Shown here: positions 21,128 to 31,304 of the stretch, piece by piece
Layout of the letters: every line of letters starts with the position of its first letter
Numbering within the stretch: position 1 is the first letter of the stretch
DNA from: Pseudomonadota bacterium
GTDB taxonomy: Bacteria > Myxococcota_A > Polyangia > GCA-2747355
Direction of reading: 5' to 3'
DNA length: 64,000 bases
NCBI GenBank assembly: GCA_016711215.1
Contig: JADJTL010000001.1
Coordinates: 531,330-595,329, forward strand
Notes under the pieces: model-generated
Databases searched by the model: none
Seen by the model: only the letters and a program-made list of their open reading frames with translations
Told to the model about the DNA's origin: nothing
Translations under genes and position numbers: made by a program

Positions 21128-22453
21128 TCAGAGCAGCGTGCCGCGGAGGAGGACGTTGGCCAGCGAGAAATAGAGCACCAGTCCGGTGACGTCGACGAGC
21201 GTGGCGACGAGAGGGGCGGAGGCGCTCGCGGGATCGAAGCCGAGGCGGCGCAGCAGGAAGGGCAGCATCGAGCCGGAGAGCGTGCCAAAGGTGACGATGC
21301 CGATCAAACTGCCGCTCACGGTGGCCGCCAGCAGCAGGTAGTGCCTTCCGTAGCTCTGGAAGAGGAGCTGCCAAAGGATGATGCGCAGCAGGCCGAAGAG
21401 CGCGAGCACGCTGCCGAGCGTGAAGCCCGCCGTCAACTCGCGGCGCATGATCCGCCACCAGTCACGCAGCTTGACCTCGCCGAGGGCCATCGCTCGAATG
21501 ACCAGCGTCGCTGCCTGCGAACCGGAGTTGCCTCCGCTCGAGATGATCAGCGGCACGAAGAGCGCGAGCACCACCGCGCGCGCGACCGCCTGCTCGAAGT
21601 GCGCCATCGCGCTGGCGGTCAGCATCTCGCCGACGAAGAGCACGCTGAGCCAGACCGCCCGCGCGCGAATCATCGTCCAAAGGCTGGTTTGCATGTAGGG
21701 CTGATCGAGCGCGGCGAGGCCGCCGAACTTGTGGACGTCCTCGGTGGCCTCCTCCTGGACGACGTCGACGATGTCGTCGATGGTCACGATGCCGCGCATC
21801 CGCCGCTCGCCGTCGAGGACCGGGACGGCCACCAGGTCCTGCTGCGCGATGATGCGGGCGACCTGCTCCTGGTCCATATCCTCCGGGACGGTGACGACCG
21901 CCGTCTCCATCACGTCGCGCACCAGCGCTGACGGGGCGGCGGTGAAGAGATCGCGAAACGACACGACGCCGAGCAGGTGTTGCTCCGAGTCGAGGACATA
22001 GGCGTAGTAGAGCGTCTCGAGCCGCGTCCGCGCCTGTCGCCGCAGGTAGCTGATCGCCTCGTCGGCCGTCATTTCGGGCCGCATCCGGGCAAAGCGCGGA
22101 CTCATCAGGCCGCCCGCCGCGTCCTCGGCGTAGGCCAGCAGGGCCGTGACCTCGCGCCGCGTCGGATCGTCGAGCAGCTCCATCAGCGTGTGGCGATCCT
22201 CCGGCGGAACCTCCTGCAGCACGTCGGCGCTGTCGTCGGGGGCGAGCATACGCATCCAGAGCCGGCGCTCGCCAGGAGGGAGCCCCATCAGGATGGCCGC
22301 CTGATCGAGCGGCGCGAGCGCCAGGAAGAAGTCGTCCGCGCCTTCCGAGTCGAGCATGCGAAAGCCGAGCACGCGATCCGTCGGGGCGAGGATCGGCCAG
22401 ATCTCGCGTAGATCGTCCAGCGCCAGGCGCTCATTCAAGGGAGGAGAAACCAT
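21128..22453 (-). CDS. mgtE: magnesium transporter MgtE
   Basis: MgtE N-domain, tandem CBS region and a C-terminal 5-TM channel domain (GGNSGSQAATL). The stop lies 2 nt before the ATPase ATG. Confidence 0.9.
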   Translation of the reverse strand: MVSPPLNERLALDDLREIWPILAPTDRVLGFRMLDSEGADDFFLALAPLDQAAILMGLPPGERRLWMRMLAPDDSADVLQEVPPEDRHTLMELLDDPTRREVTALLAYAEDAAGGLMSPRFARMRPEMTADEAISYLRRQARTRLETLYYAYVLDSEQHLLGVVSFRDLFTAAPSALVRDVMETAVVTVPEDMDQEQVARIIAQQDLVAVPVLDGERRMRGIVTIDDIVDVVQEEATEDVHKFGGLAALDQPYMQTSLWTMIRARAVWLSVLFVGEMLTASAMAHFEQAVARAVVLALFVPLIISSGGNSGSQAATLVIRAMALGEVKLRDWWRIMRRELTAGFTLGSVLALFGLLRIILWQLLFQSYGRHYLLLAATVSGSLIGIVTFGTLSGSMLPFLLRRLGFDPASASAPLVATLVDVTGLVLYFSLANVLLRGTLL

Positions 22454-22567
22454 CGGTCCACCTCGGCAGCGTTCGGTATATCCCTTCGCGATCGCGCGGT
22501 CACGTTTGTCCTGCAGGCGGTGACGCCGCGGCCGGGCGCGGCGCGGCGACTGGACCCGGGAGCGGGC

Positions 22568-22606
22568 GGGGCGTGTCAGTTTGTCAGGGCGAATTGGGGC
22601 GTGTCA
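22568..22606. repeat. direct repeat GGGGCGTGTCA x2 (28-bp period) in the mgtE / response-regulator divergent region
   Basis: Identical 11-mers at 22568-22578 and 22596-22606, with a related GTCA half-site between them. The second copy ends 19 nt before the regulator ATG. Confidence 0.6.
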
Positions 22607-22624
22607 TGATGCCCGCGCGCGACC

Positions 22625-24022
<1,398 letters not shown>

Positions 24023-24135
24023 CAACCTGGCGGGCTGCGCTCCGGGGCTGTGCCAAATTGGCGGAGCCTCCGGCGGGGCGCCTCGCCTGCCGGAAAAAAC
24101 CATCCTGGTTATCATCGCTTGAATCGGAGAGGCCG

Positions 24136-24151
24136 TGGCACTCCGCTTGCT
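24136..24151 (+). promoter_or_regulatory. sigma-54 (-24/-12) promoter upstream of gspC
   Basis: TGGCAC-tccgc-TTGCT matches the TGGCAC-N5-TTGCW consensus with GG-N10-GC spacing. It lies 62 nt upstream of the gspC ATG and 114 nt downstream of the EBP stop. Confidence 0.65.
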
Positions 24152-24212
24152 ACTGCGGAGCGTGGGTGGATGATGCCGGCAGCGCGCCGGAGGCTCAATC
24201 CGGGCGGGGCCG

Positions 24213-25163
24213 ATGGAAGCTATTCTGCGCAAGCACTTCTGGGTCGTCTACCTGGCGCTGATCGCGCTGGGCGCCTATTTCGCCGCTCGCACGCTCTCCC
24301 AGGTGATCGCGGCGCAGATTGCCGTGCCTCGGTCGCGCCCCACCCAGCTCGTGGGTCAGGCCGCCGCACCCCAGCTCCCGCGCGCCGTCGACTGGGACGC
24401 CGTCGCGGCGCGCAATGTCTTCTGCTCGGCCTGTGCGCCGCCGGTCATCGAGGCGTCGACGGGCCATGAGGCCGGCGATGGCGCGGGCGGAGGGGTGGCG
24501 CCAAGCGAGCCCACCAAGAGCGCGCTCAACCTCCAGCTCCTGGCGACGCTCGTCAGCAACCGCGATCCGGCCTGGTCGCTGGCCGCGCTCTACGATCCAA
24601 CGGCGGGGCGCACCCGCGTTGCTGGCGTCGGCTCTGCGCTCGAGGGCCTGACCGTCACCGAGATTCGCACGCGGCGAATCGTCCTGTTAGAGGGAAGTCG
24701 GCACGAGTACATCGAGCTCGAGCAGACTGGCGGCTCGGGGGGCCCGACGCCGGTCGCGTCGTCGATGCCTCCCCCGGCGATGGCGGGGGGCGGGACGGAT
24801 GAGCTCGGCTCGCAGATCGCTTCGGGCGTGCGGGCGACGGGGGGCACGAGCTGGGAGATCCAGCGCAGCGCGCTCAACCGCGTGCTGACCAACACGACCT
24901 TGCTGGCCCGCTCAGCCCGCATCATCCCGAGCATTCGCAATGGAAAGCCCGATGGCTTCCGCATCGTCGGTATTCGCCCGGGCAGCCTCTATGCCCTGAT
25001 CGGGATTCAGAACGGCGACCTGATCCAGGCGATCAACGGCCTGCCGATGACGACCCCCGAGGCCGCGCTCGAGGTCTACACCAAGGTGCGCAGCGCCTCG
25101 CACCTTTCGATCAGCTTCAACCGCCTGGGCAAGCCACTGACCCATGACTACGTGATTCGGTGA
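24213..25163 (+). CDS. gspC: type II secretion system protein GspC (TM + PDZ)
   Basis: N-terminal TM (FWVVYLALIALGAYFAA) and C-terminal PDZ-like block (GFRIVGIRPGSLYALIGIQNGDLIQAINGLPM). Positioned directly before gspD. Confidence 0.7.
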   Translation: MEAILRKHFWVVYLALIALGAYFAARTLSQVIAAQIAVPRSRPTQLVGQAAAPQLPRAVDWDAVAARNVFCSACAPPVIEASTGHEAGDGAGGGVAPSEPTKSALNLQLLATLVSNRDPAWSLAALYDPTAGRTRVAGVGSALEGLTVTEIRTRRIVLLEGSRHEYIELEQTGGSGGPTPVASSMPPPAMAGGGTDELGSQIASGVRATGGTSWEIQRSALNRVLTNTTLLARSARIIPSIRNGKPDGFRIVGIRPGSLYALIGIQNGDLIQAINGLPMTTPEAALEVYTKVRSASHLSISFNRLGKPLTHDYVIR

Positions 25164-25167
25164 TTCC

Positions 25168-27825
25168 ATGACGATTCGGACGACCTTCCCTCCCTCGCGC
25201 CTCGGGGGGCTAACCCTCTCCGCGCTGCTCGTCGTGCTGGCGCTCGGGCCGCGCAGCTTGGCGCAGCCCGTCCCGCCGCCGGGCCCGGATAATGCGGCAC
25301 CCAAGGTGCTCGACCGCGTCGCACGCCGCGAGCGGCGCTTGGCGGCCGACGCTGACCAGGCGCGGCGGCGCCAGGCGCGCGCCCTGCGCCGCGCCGAGCG
25401 TGGGCTCACCACCGCCGGAGGCGCGCAGGACCGCGCCGCCGCGCCCCCGCAGCCCCCGGCCAGCACTGCGCCTGCCGCCAGCGCGCTGCCGCCCGCGGCC
25501 GCGAACGACGCTGCCACCGCGCCGGGCGAGCGCGAGTTCAACGAGTGTTTGCGTGTACCGGCGGGGCGTCGGATCAAGGTCACGCTCAAGCCGGAGTCTG
25601 ATCTGGCTGACCTGGTCGGCTGGATCAGCGCGATGACCTGCAAGCAGTTCATCGTCGCCGCGGCACTTCGTGGCCAGAAGGTGACGCTGGTCTCACCCCT
25701 GCCAGTCACCGCCGGCACCGCCTATCATGCGTTCATCAGCGCGCTGGAGGTGATGGGTCTGACGGTGGTGCCGTCTGGGCGCTATCTCAAGGTCGTGCAG
25801 AGCAATTGGGCGCTGCAGTCGCCGATCGCCACCTACACCGACGGCGACACTCGGCGGCCGCCCAACAGCGACGAGATCGTGACCCAGATCGTGCGAGCGC
25901 AACACGTCGACGTCAACGAGCTGCTCGTGGTGCTGAGCAAGCTGAAGTCGCGCAACGGCGATGTGACGGCCTACAAGGCGACCAACTCGCTGATCATCAC
26001 CGACAGCGGCAACAACATCCTGCGGATGCTGAAGGTGCTGAAGGAGCTCGATGTCGAGGTCGGCGGCGAAAAGATCTGGGTCGTGCCGATGCGCACCGCC
26101 GACGCGAGCGAGGTGCTCAAGATCCTGCAGCAGGTCTTCACCGGCGGGGGGGGCCAGGCGCCGCCGCCCGCCATGCGGGTCAAGCGTCCGCGCGAGCAGC
26201 AGCCGCGGCCCTCGCCCGTCGAAGGTGCCGAGGTCGACGAGCTGAGCGCGGTCAGTGTCTCGAAGATGGTCGCGGACCCGTTGACGAACTCGCTGATCAT
26301 CGTCGCCGCGCCGGGCTCCTATCTGCAGATCGCCGCGCTGATCAAGCGGCTCGACGTGGAGAGCGAAGGCGTCAATCAACGCATCCACGTCTACTACCTG
26401 GAGAACGCCGCGGCCGAGGAGGTCGCGACGACGCTCTCGAGCCTGACGGCGGGTGGCGCCGCGCGGCCGAGCGGCGCGAAGGCTGGTGCGGCCACCCTCT
26501 TCGAGGGAGAGGTCAAGGTCACCGCCGACAAAGCGACCAATTCGCTGGTCATCGTCGCCTCGACCAAGGATTACCTCAGCACGCGACGCGTGATTCAGCA
26601 GCTCGACGTGCCGCGCCGCCAGGTCTTCGTCGAGGCGGTGATCATGGAGGTCTCGCTGAATAAGGATCGCAAGCTCGGTCTTGGGTTCCATGGCGGCAAG
26701 CTGATTGGCTCGACCGACAAGACCCTGCTCTTTGGCGGCCTGCTGACCCAAGAGCTCAATTCGGTCCTGCTCAGCCCCGCTGCCCTCAGCGGCCTCGCGG
26801 CCGGGGCGCGCGGCCCGGAGATCGAGGGCTCCAGCAAGCTGCTGGGGCTATCGGCGAATATCCCCGCCTTCGGGCTGGTGCTCCAGGCGCTGCAGACCAA
26901 CGGCAACGTCAATGTGCTTTCCTCGCCACACCTGCTGACCACTGACAACCAGCAGGCCGAGATCGTCGTCGGCCAGAACCTTCCCTTCCCCGGCGGGGTG
27001 CTCGGGGGCTTGGGTCAGCTCGCCGGACAGGCCGCGGGCGCCGCCGGCTTGGCCAGCTCACTGCTTCCGTCGATTTCGGTGCAGCGGCAGGACGTCGCGC
27101 TCAAGCTCCGGCTCACGCCGCACGTCAACGAGAGCGACGTCGTGCGGATGGAGATCGAACAGGAGGTCTCGGACGTCATCAGCGCAAACTACAACCAGCT
27201 CGGCCCCGCGACCTCGAAGCGCGAGGTCAAGACGACGGTCGTGGTGCGTGATCAGCAGACGGTCGTAATCGGCGGATTGATGGCGGATACAGTGCGCGAG
27301 ACCGAGAGCAAGGTGCCGATCCTGGGTGACATTCCGGTCATCGGCGCGCTCTTTCGTCAGACCCAGCGCTCAGTGCAGAAGACCAACCTGATCATCGTGC
27401 TAACGCCTTACGTGATTCGCGACCAGAACGACCTGCGACGGATCTTCACCCAGAAGATGGAGGAACGGCGCGAGTTCATCGAGCGCTTCACCAGCTTCAG
27501 CGCGCCGGAGGTCACGCATGCCGTCGACTACCGTCATAAGCACGGGCTGCTGGCGGAGATGCATCGCGTCGGGCTGCAGGCCGAGGAGGACGCGGCCTTG
27601 CTCGAACAGGCACGGAAGGCCACCGATCAGCAGGTGGAGCCGGTGGACCTGCCCGCTGGCGTGAGTTCGGCGGAGAGCGATGCGGAGGGCGCGACCAGCT
27701 CAGAGCCGGCTGCTCAGGCGGGCGAGGCGCCGGCACCGCCCGAGGATCCGCGCTTCCGGGCACCCCCTCCCCCTGATGGGCCCAGCCCCGATGGTCTGCC
27801 GCCGCCACCGGTGCCTGGCCCATGA
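25168..27825 (+). CDS. gspD: type II secretion system secretin GspD
   Basis: N0-N3 style repeats and a secretin core with VPILGDIPVIGALFR. Unusual N-terminal (about 130 aa, Arg/Ala-rich) and C-terminal (about 110 aa, Pro-rich) extensions. Confidence 0.9.
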   Translation: MTIRTTFPPSRLGGLTLSALLVVLALGPRSLAQPVPPPGPDNAAPKVLDRVARRERRLAADADQARRRQARALRRAERGLTTAGGAQDRAAAPPQPPASTAPAASALPPAAANDAATAPGEREFNECLRVPAGRRIKVTLKPESDLADLVGWISAMTCKQFIVAAALRGQKVTLVSPLPVTAGTAYHAFISALEVMGLTVVPSGRYLKVVQSNWALQSPIATYTDGDTRRPPNSDEIVTQIVRAQHVDVNELLVVLSKLKSRNGDVTAYKATNSLIITDSGNNILRMLKVLKELDVEVGGEKIWVVPMRTADASEVLKILQQVFTGGGGQAPPPAMRVKRPREQQPRPSPVEGAEVDELSAVSVSKMVADPLTNSLIIVAAPGSYLQIAALIKRLDVESEGVNQRIHVYYLENAAAEEVATTLSSLTAGGAARPSGAKAGAATLFEGEVKVTADKATNSLVIVASTKDYLSTRRVIQQLDVPRRQVFVEAVIMEVSLNKDRKLGLGFHGGKLIGSTDKTLLFGGLLTQELNSVLLSPAALSGLAAGARGPEIEGSSKLLGLSANIPAFGLVLQALQTNGNVNVLSSPHLLTTDNQQAEIVVGQNLPFPGGVLGGLGQLAGQAAGAAGLASSLLPSISVQRQDVALKLRLTPHVNESDVVRMEIEQEVSDVISANYNQLGPATSKREVKTTVVVRDQQTVVIGGLMADTVRETESKVPILGDIPVIGALFRQTQRSVQKTNLIIVLTPYVIRDQNDLRRIFTQKMEERREFIERFTSFSAPEVTHAVDYRHKHGLLAEMHRVGLQAEEDAALLEQARKATDQQVEPVDLPAGVSSAESDAEGATSSEPAAQAGEAPAPPEDPRFRAPPPPDGPSPDGLPPPPVPGP

Positions 27826-29561
27826 CGCAGGAGCAGGCCTTTGCCGCGATCCTGCTGCGCGACAGCCCGCTGACGCGCGAGCAGCTCGAGCAGGCGATGG
27901 AGGCCCAGCGGCTGGAGGGTGGGACGCTCGCCGAGACCTTGCTGCGACTGCGCATCTTGCCGGAGGAACAGGTGCTGCGGGCGCTGGCGCAGCACCTGGC
28001 GCTCGAGTTCACCAGCCAGCTCGACCCCGAGGTGGTCGACGCCGGGTTGCTCGTCGACCTGCCGATCAACTTCGCCAAGACGCACTTGGTGCTGCCCCTG
28101 CATCGGGAGGATGGTCGCGTTCGCGTCGCGCTCGCCAACCCACATGCGGTCTTCGCCGGGGACGACCTGCGCACGCTGCTCGGCGCCGAGATCGTTCCGG
28201 TGCTGGCGACCAGCGAGCGCGTGCTCGACCTGATCAACCGCGTCTACGCCAAGCGCACGGGCACGGTCGAGCTCGAGCAGAGCGAGGAGTTCCAAGGCAA
28301 CGCCGAGGAGCTGGTCGACATCATCGACGTCACGGATGAGGCGCCGATCATCCGTTGGGTCAATTCGCTGATCTTCCAGGCCATCAAGGAGCGAGCCTCG
28401 GACATCCATATCGAGCCGGGTGAGCGTGAGGTGGTGGTGCGCTACCGCATCGATGGCGTGCTCTACGAGGTGCGGCGCGCCAACCGCAACTACCTGCCGA
28501 GCATCGTCGCGCGGGTGAAGATCATGGCAGGGCTGAATATCGCCGAGAAGCGCCTGCCGCAGGACGGTCGCATCCGACGACGCATCGCCGGCAAGGACAT
28601 CGACATGCGCGTGGCGACGGCGCCAACGGCGCGCGGCGAACGGGTCACGATCCGTCTGCTCGACAAGTCGACCGTCGTCTTGAATCTGGCGGAGATCGGA
28701 CTCGACCCGGCGCATCTGGCGCAGCTCGGCGAGTTGATTCGGCGCCCCAACGGCATCTTGTTGGTGACCGGCCCGACCGGTAGCGGCAAGACGACGACGC
28801 TCTACGCCGCGCTCTCGGCGATCAATACCCCGGACAAGAACATCCTGACGATCGAGGATCCCGTCGAGTACCAGCTCGAGGGCATCAGCCAGACGCAGGT
28901 CAACCCGAAGATCGACCTGACCTTCGCCAACGGCCTGCGCTCGTTCTTGCGGCACGACCCCGACGTGATCATGGTCGGTGAGATCCGTGATCTCGCCACC
29001 GCCGAGATCGCGATCCAGGCCTCGCTGACCGGTCACCTCGTCTTCTCGACGCTGCACACCAATGACGCGCCGAGCGCGATCACGCGCCTGGTCGACATGG
29101 ACGTCGAGCCCTTCCTCGTCGCTTCGTCGGTGATCGGGCTGGTCGCCCAGCGCCTGGTGCGCAAGGTCTGCCCGGAGTGCAAGCGCTTGCGCGCCGCGAC
29201 GGCCGACGAGATCGCGGGGCTTGGATTGAGCGCCGACCAGTTCCATGCCGAGGCCGTGGCCGATCACGCGTTCAAGGACGCGAAGCGCCCGGCGCCGCCA
29301 GCGGGGATGGTCTATCAGGCGGTCGGCTGCCCGGCCTGCCTCGACACCGGCTACGCGGGTCGCGTCGGCATCTACGAGTTGATGCTCCTCGGCGAGGAGG
29401 TGCGCGCGCTGGTCTTGAAGCAGGCCGACGCCAACGCGATCAAGCGGGTGGCGGTCGGTCAGGGCATGCGGACCTTGCGGATGGACGGGGCGCGCAAGGT
29501 GATCTGCGGGCTGACGACGATCGAAGAGGTGATGCGGGTCACGCAGGAAGACTCGGTCTGA
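27822..29561 (+). CDS. gspE: type II secretion ATPase GspE
   Basis: Walker A GPTGSGKTTTLYA, Asp box, His box and a tetracysteine motif (CPECK...CPAC). The start overlaps the gspD stop. Confidence 0.95.
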   Translation: MTQEQAFAAILLRDSPLTREQLEQAMEAQRLEGGTLAETLLRLRILPEEQVLRALAQHLALEFTSQLDPEVVDAGLLVDLPINFAKTHLVLPLHREDGRVRVALANPHAVFAGDDLRTLLGAEIVPVLATSERVLDLINRVYAKRTGTVELEQSEEFQGNAEELVDIIDVTDEAPIIRWVNSLIFQAIKERASDIHIEPGEREVVVRYRIDGVLYEVRRANRNYLPSIVARVKIMAGLNIAEKRLPQDGRIRRRIAGKDIDMRVATAPTARGERVTIRLLDKSTVVLNLAEIGLDPAHLAQLGELIRRPNGILLVTGPTGSGKTTTLYAALSAINTPDKNILTIEDPVEYQLEGISQTQVNPKIDLTFANGLRSFLRHDPDVIMVGEIRDLATAEIAIQASLTGHLVFSTLHTNDAPSAITRLVDMDVEPFLVASSVIGLVAQRLVRKVCPECKRLRAATADEIAGLGLSADQFHAEAVADHAFKDAKRPAPPAGMVYQAVGCPACLDTGYAGRVGIYELMLLGEEVRALVLKQADANAIKRVAVGQGMRTLRMDGARKVICGLTTIEEVMRVTQEDSV

Positions 29562-29565
29562 CGCG

Positions 29566-30807
29566 ATGCCGGCCTATGCCTACAAGGCGCTCGATGCGCG
29601 CGGGAGGAGCTGCAGCGGCACGCGCGACGCGGAGAGCCCGCGCGGGCTGCGCGCGCTGCTGCGCAAGGAGAGCATCTTCGTCACCGAGCTACACGAGACA
29701 CATCTCGAGCCGGTGGCGAGCGGCAGCGCGCTCAAGCGCGAGGTGGACTGGAAGCGCTTCTTCGATCGCGTGCAGCCGCGCGACGTGGCGGTGCTGACGC
29801 GCCAGCTGGCGACGCTGCTACGTGCGGGCATACCGCTGGCGGAGGCGCTACAGGCGCTGCTCGAGCAGAACACCTCGGCCTTGTTGGGACGCGTGCTGGC
29901 CGTCGTGCGGACGCGCGTCAACGAGGGCACGTCGCTGGCGGAGGCGCTCTCGGTGCACGGCGAGGTCTTCCCCGAACTCTACGTCAGCATGGTGCGGGCG
30001 GGCGAGGCCGCGGGGAATCTCGAGCAGGTGCTGCTGCGCCTGGCTGATTTCATGGACGCGCAGGTGCGCCTGCGCGGCAAGGTCGCCGGCGCCCTGACCT
30101 ACCCCGCGGTGCTGCTGGGCGTCGCGTCGATGGCGATCTTCATGCTGATGAAGGTCGTGGTTCCGAAGGTGACGGCGATCTTCGCCGATGTCGGGCAGGC
30201 GCTCCCTTGGTACACGCGCTTGCTGGTGGCGAGCAGCAACCTGATCAGCGGCTACTGGTGGTTGCTCGCGGCGCTCGGGGTGGTCGCCTGGCGGCTCTTT
30301 GCGCGCTGGCGCCGTACGCCCAAGGGTCGCGCGCGCTGGGACCGCTGGGTGCTCGGCTTCTGGCTGGTCGGGCCCTTGGCGCGGATGGTGGCGATCAGCC
30401 GCTTCTCGCGCACGCTCGGCACGATGCTCGGCGCGGGCGTGCCCTTGCTGCAATCCCTGGAGATCGTCAAGGCGATCCTCGGCAATCGCGTGTTGATGGA
30501 CGTCGTGGACCAGGCGCGGGAGGCGATTCGCGAGGGCGAGAGCATCGCCGAGCCGCTGGCCCGCAGTCGAGAGTTCCCACCGGTGGTGACGCGGATGATC
30601 GCGGTCGGCGAGCGATCCGGACAGCTCGAGAGCATGCTCGCAACCGTCGCCGATGCCTATGAGACCGAGATCGACCTCAAGCTTGGCCGCCTGACCACGG
30701 TCCTTGGACCGCTGATGATCGTGGTGATGGGCGCAGTGATCGGCTTCATCGTTTTCGCGATCTTCATGCCGATCTTCCAGATGAATGACCTGATTGGCGG
30801 GGAGTAG
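29566..30807 (+). CDS. gspF: type II secretion inner-membrane platform GspF
   Basis: Duplicated T2SSF domains and 3 TM segments. 413 aa. Confidence 0.95.
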   Translation: MPAYAYKALDARGRSCSGTRDAESPRGLRALLRKESIFVTELHETHLEPVASGSALKREVDWKRFFDRVQPRDVAVLTRQLATLLRAGIPLAEALQALLEQNTSALLGRVLAVVRTRVNEGTSLAEALSVHGEVFPELYVSMVRAGEAAGNLEQVLLRLADFMDAQVRLRGKVAGALTYPAVLLGVASMAIFMLMKVVVPKVTAIFADVGQALPWYTRLLVASSNLISGYWWLLAALGVVAWRLFARWRRTPKGRARWDRWVLGFWLVGPLARMVAISRFSRTLGTMLGAGVPLLQSLEIVKAILGNRVLMDVVDQAREAIREGESIAEPLARSREFPPVVTRMIAVGERSGQLESMLATVADAYETEIDLKLGRLTTVLGPLMIVVMGAVIGFIVFAIFMPIFQMNDLIGGE

Positions 30808-30833
30808 GCGTCAGGCGCGCCGTGGAGGAGCTC

Positions 30834-31295
30834 ATGGAACGGACACTGCACGTGTTGGGGATCGGTGGTGGGTGGCGCCGGGCGCAGCTTTGGCGCGCGG
30901 CACGGGCGCAGCGCGTGCGGGGCGCCGCCAGCGAGGGGTTCACCCTGATCGAGATCATGGTGGTGGTGATGATCATCGGATTGATCGTCGGTTCAGTCGG
31001 TTTCGTCGCCTTCAACCGCTTCAAGACCGCCCAGATCAAGAGCGCCCAGGCGATCGTCAAGACCGTCGAGGGCGCGATCGAGATGTACATGATGGACCAC
31101 AACGGCGAGTGCCCGAAGAACGTCGGGGAGCTCCGGTCGCAGCGCATCCTCAGCAAAGAGCCCAAGGATCCGTGGAATGAAGTGATCATCTTTCGTTGTC
31201 CAGGCGAGAAGAACAGCGATGGCGCCGACGTCTTCTCGAAGGGGCCCGACAAGAAGGAGGGGACGGAGGACGACCTGAAGAACTGGGAAGAGTAG
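30834..31295 (+). CDS. gspG: major pseudopilin GspG
   Basis: Prepilin cleavage/methylation motif G|FTLIEIMVVV and a GspG-like globular part (AIVKTVEGAIEMYMMDHNGECP). ATG 30834 follows the SD GGAGGAG (30824-30830). GTG 30915 is an alternative start giving a conventional 8-aa leader. Confidence 0.9.
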   Translation: MERTLHVLGIGGGWRRAQLWRAARAQRVRGAASEGFTLIEIMVVVMIIGLIVGSVGFVAFNRFKTAQIKSAQAIVKTVEGAIEMYMMDHNGECPKNVGELRSQRILSKEPKDPWNEVIIFRCPGEKNSDGADVFSKGPDKKEGTEDDLKNWEE

Positions 31296-31304
31296 GCGCA
31301 GCGC

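Noticed and set aside
22454-22624. M-box (Mg2+) riboswitch in front of mgtE
   Set aside because: I could not find the conserved M-box core elements on the minus strand. The best promoter-like hexamers (GTGACC-17-TATACC) would leave only a roughly 20-nt leader.
27714-29267. 517-aa minus-strand ORF, plus analogous long antisense ORFs at 4471-5889, 15784-16806, 38172-39851, 48789-50900, 51298-52899, 53611-55437 and 60350-62116
   Set aside because: Each lies opposite a gene with strong family signatures (gspE, GH57, kinase, Rieske-flavoprotein, beta-lactamase fusion, RCC1, EF-G). All have Arg/Gly/Ala/His-rich translations without motifs, consistent with shadow ORFs of a 70% GC genome.
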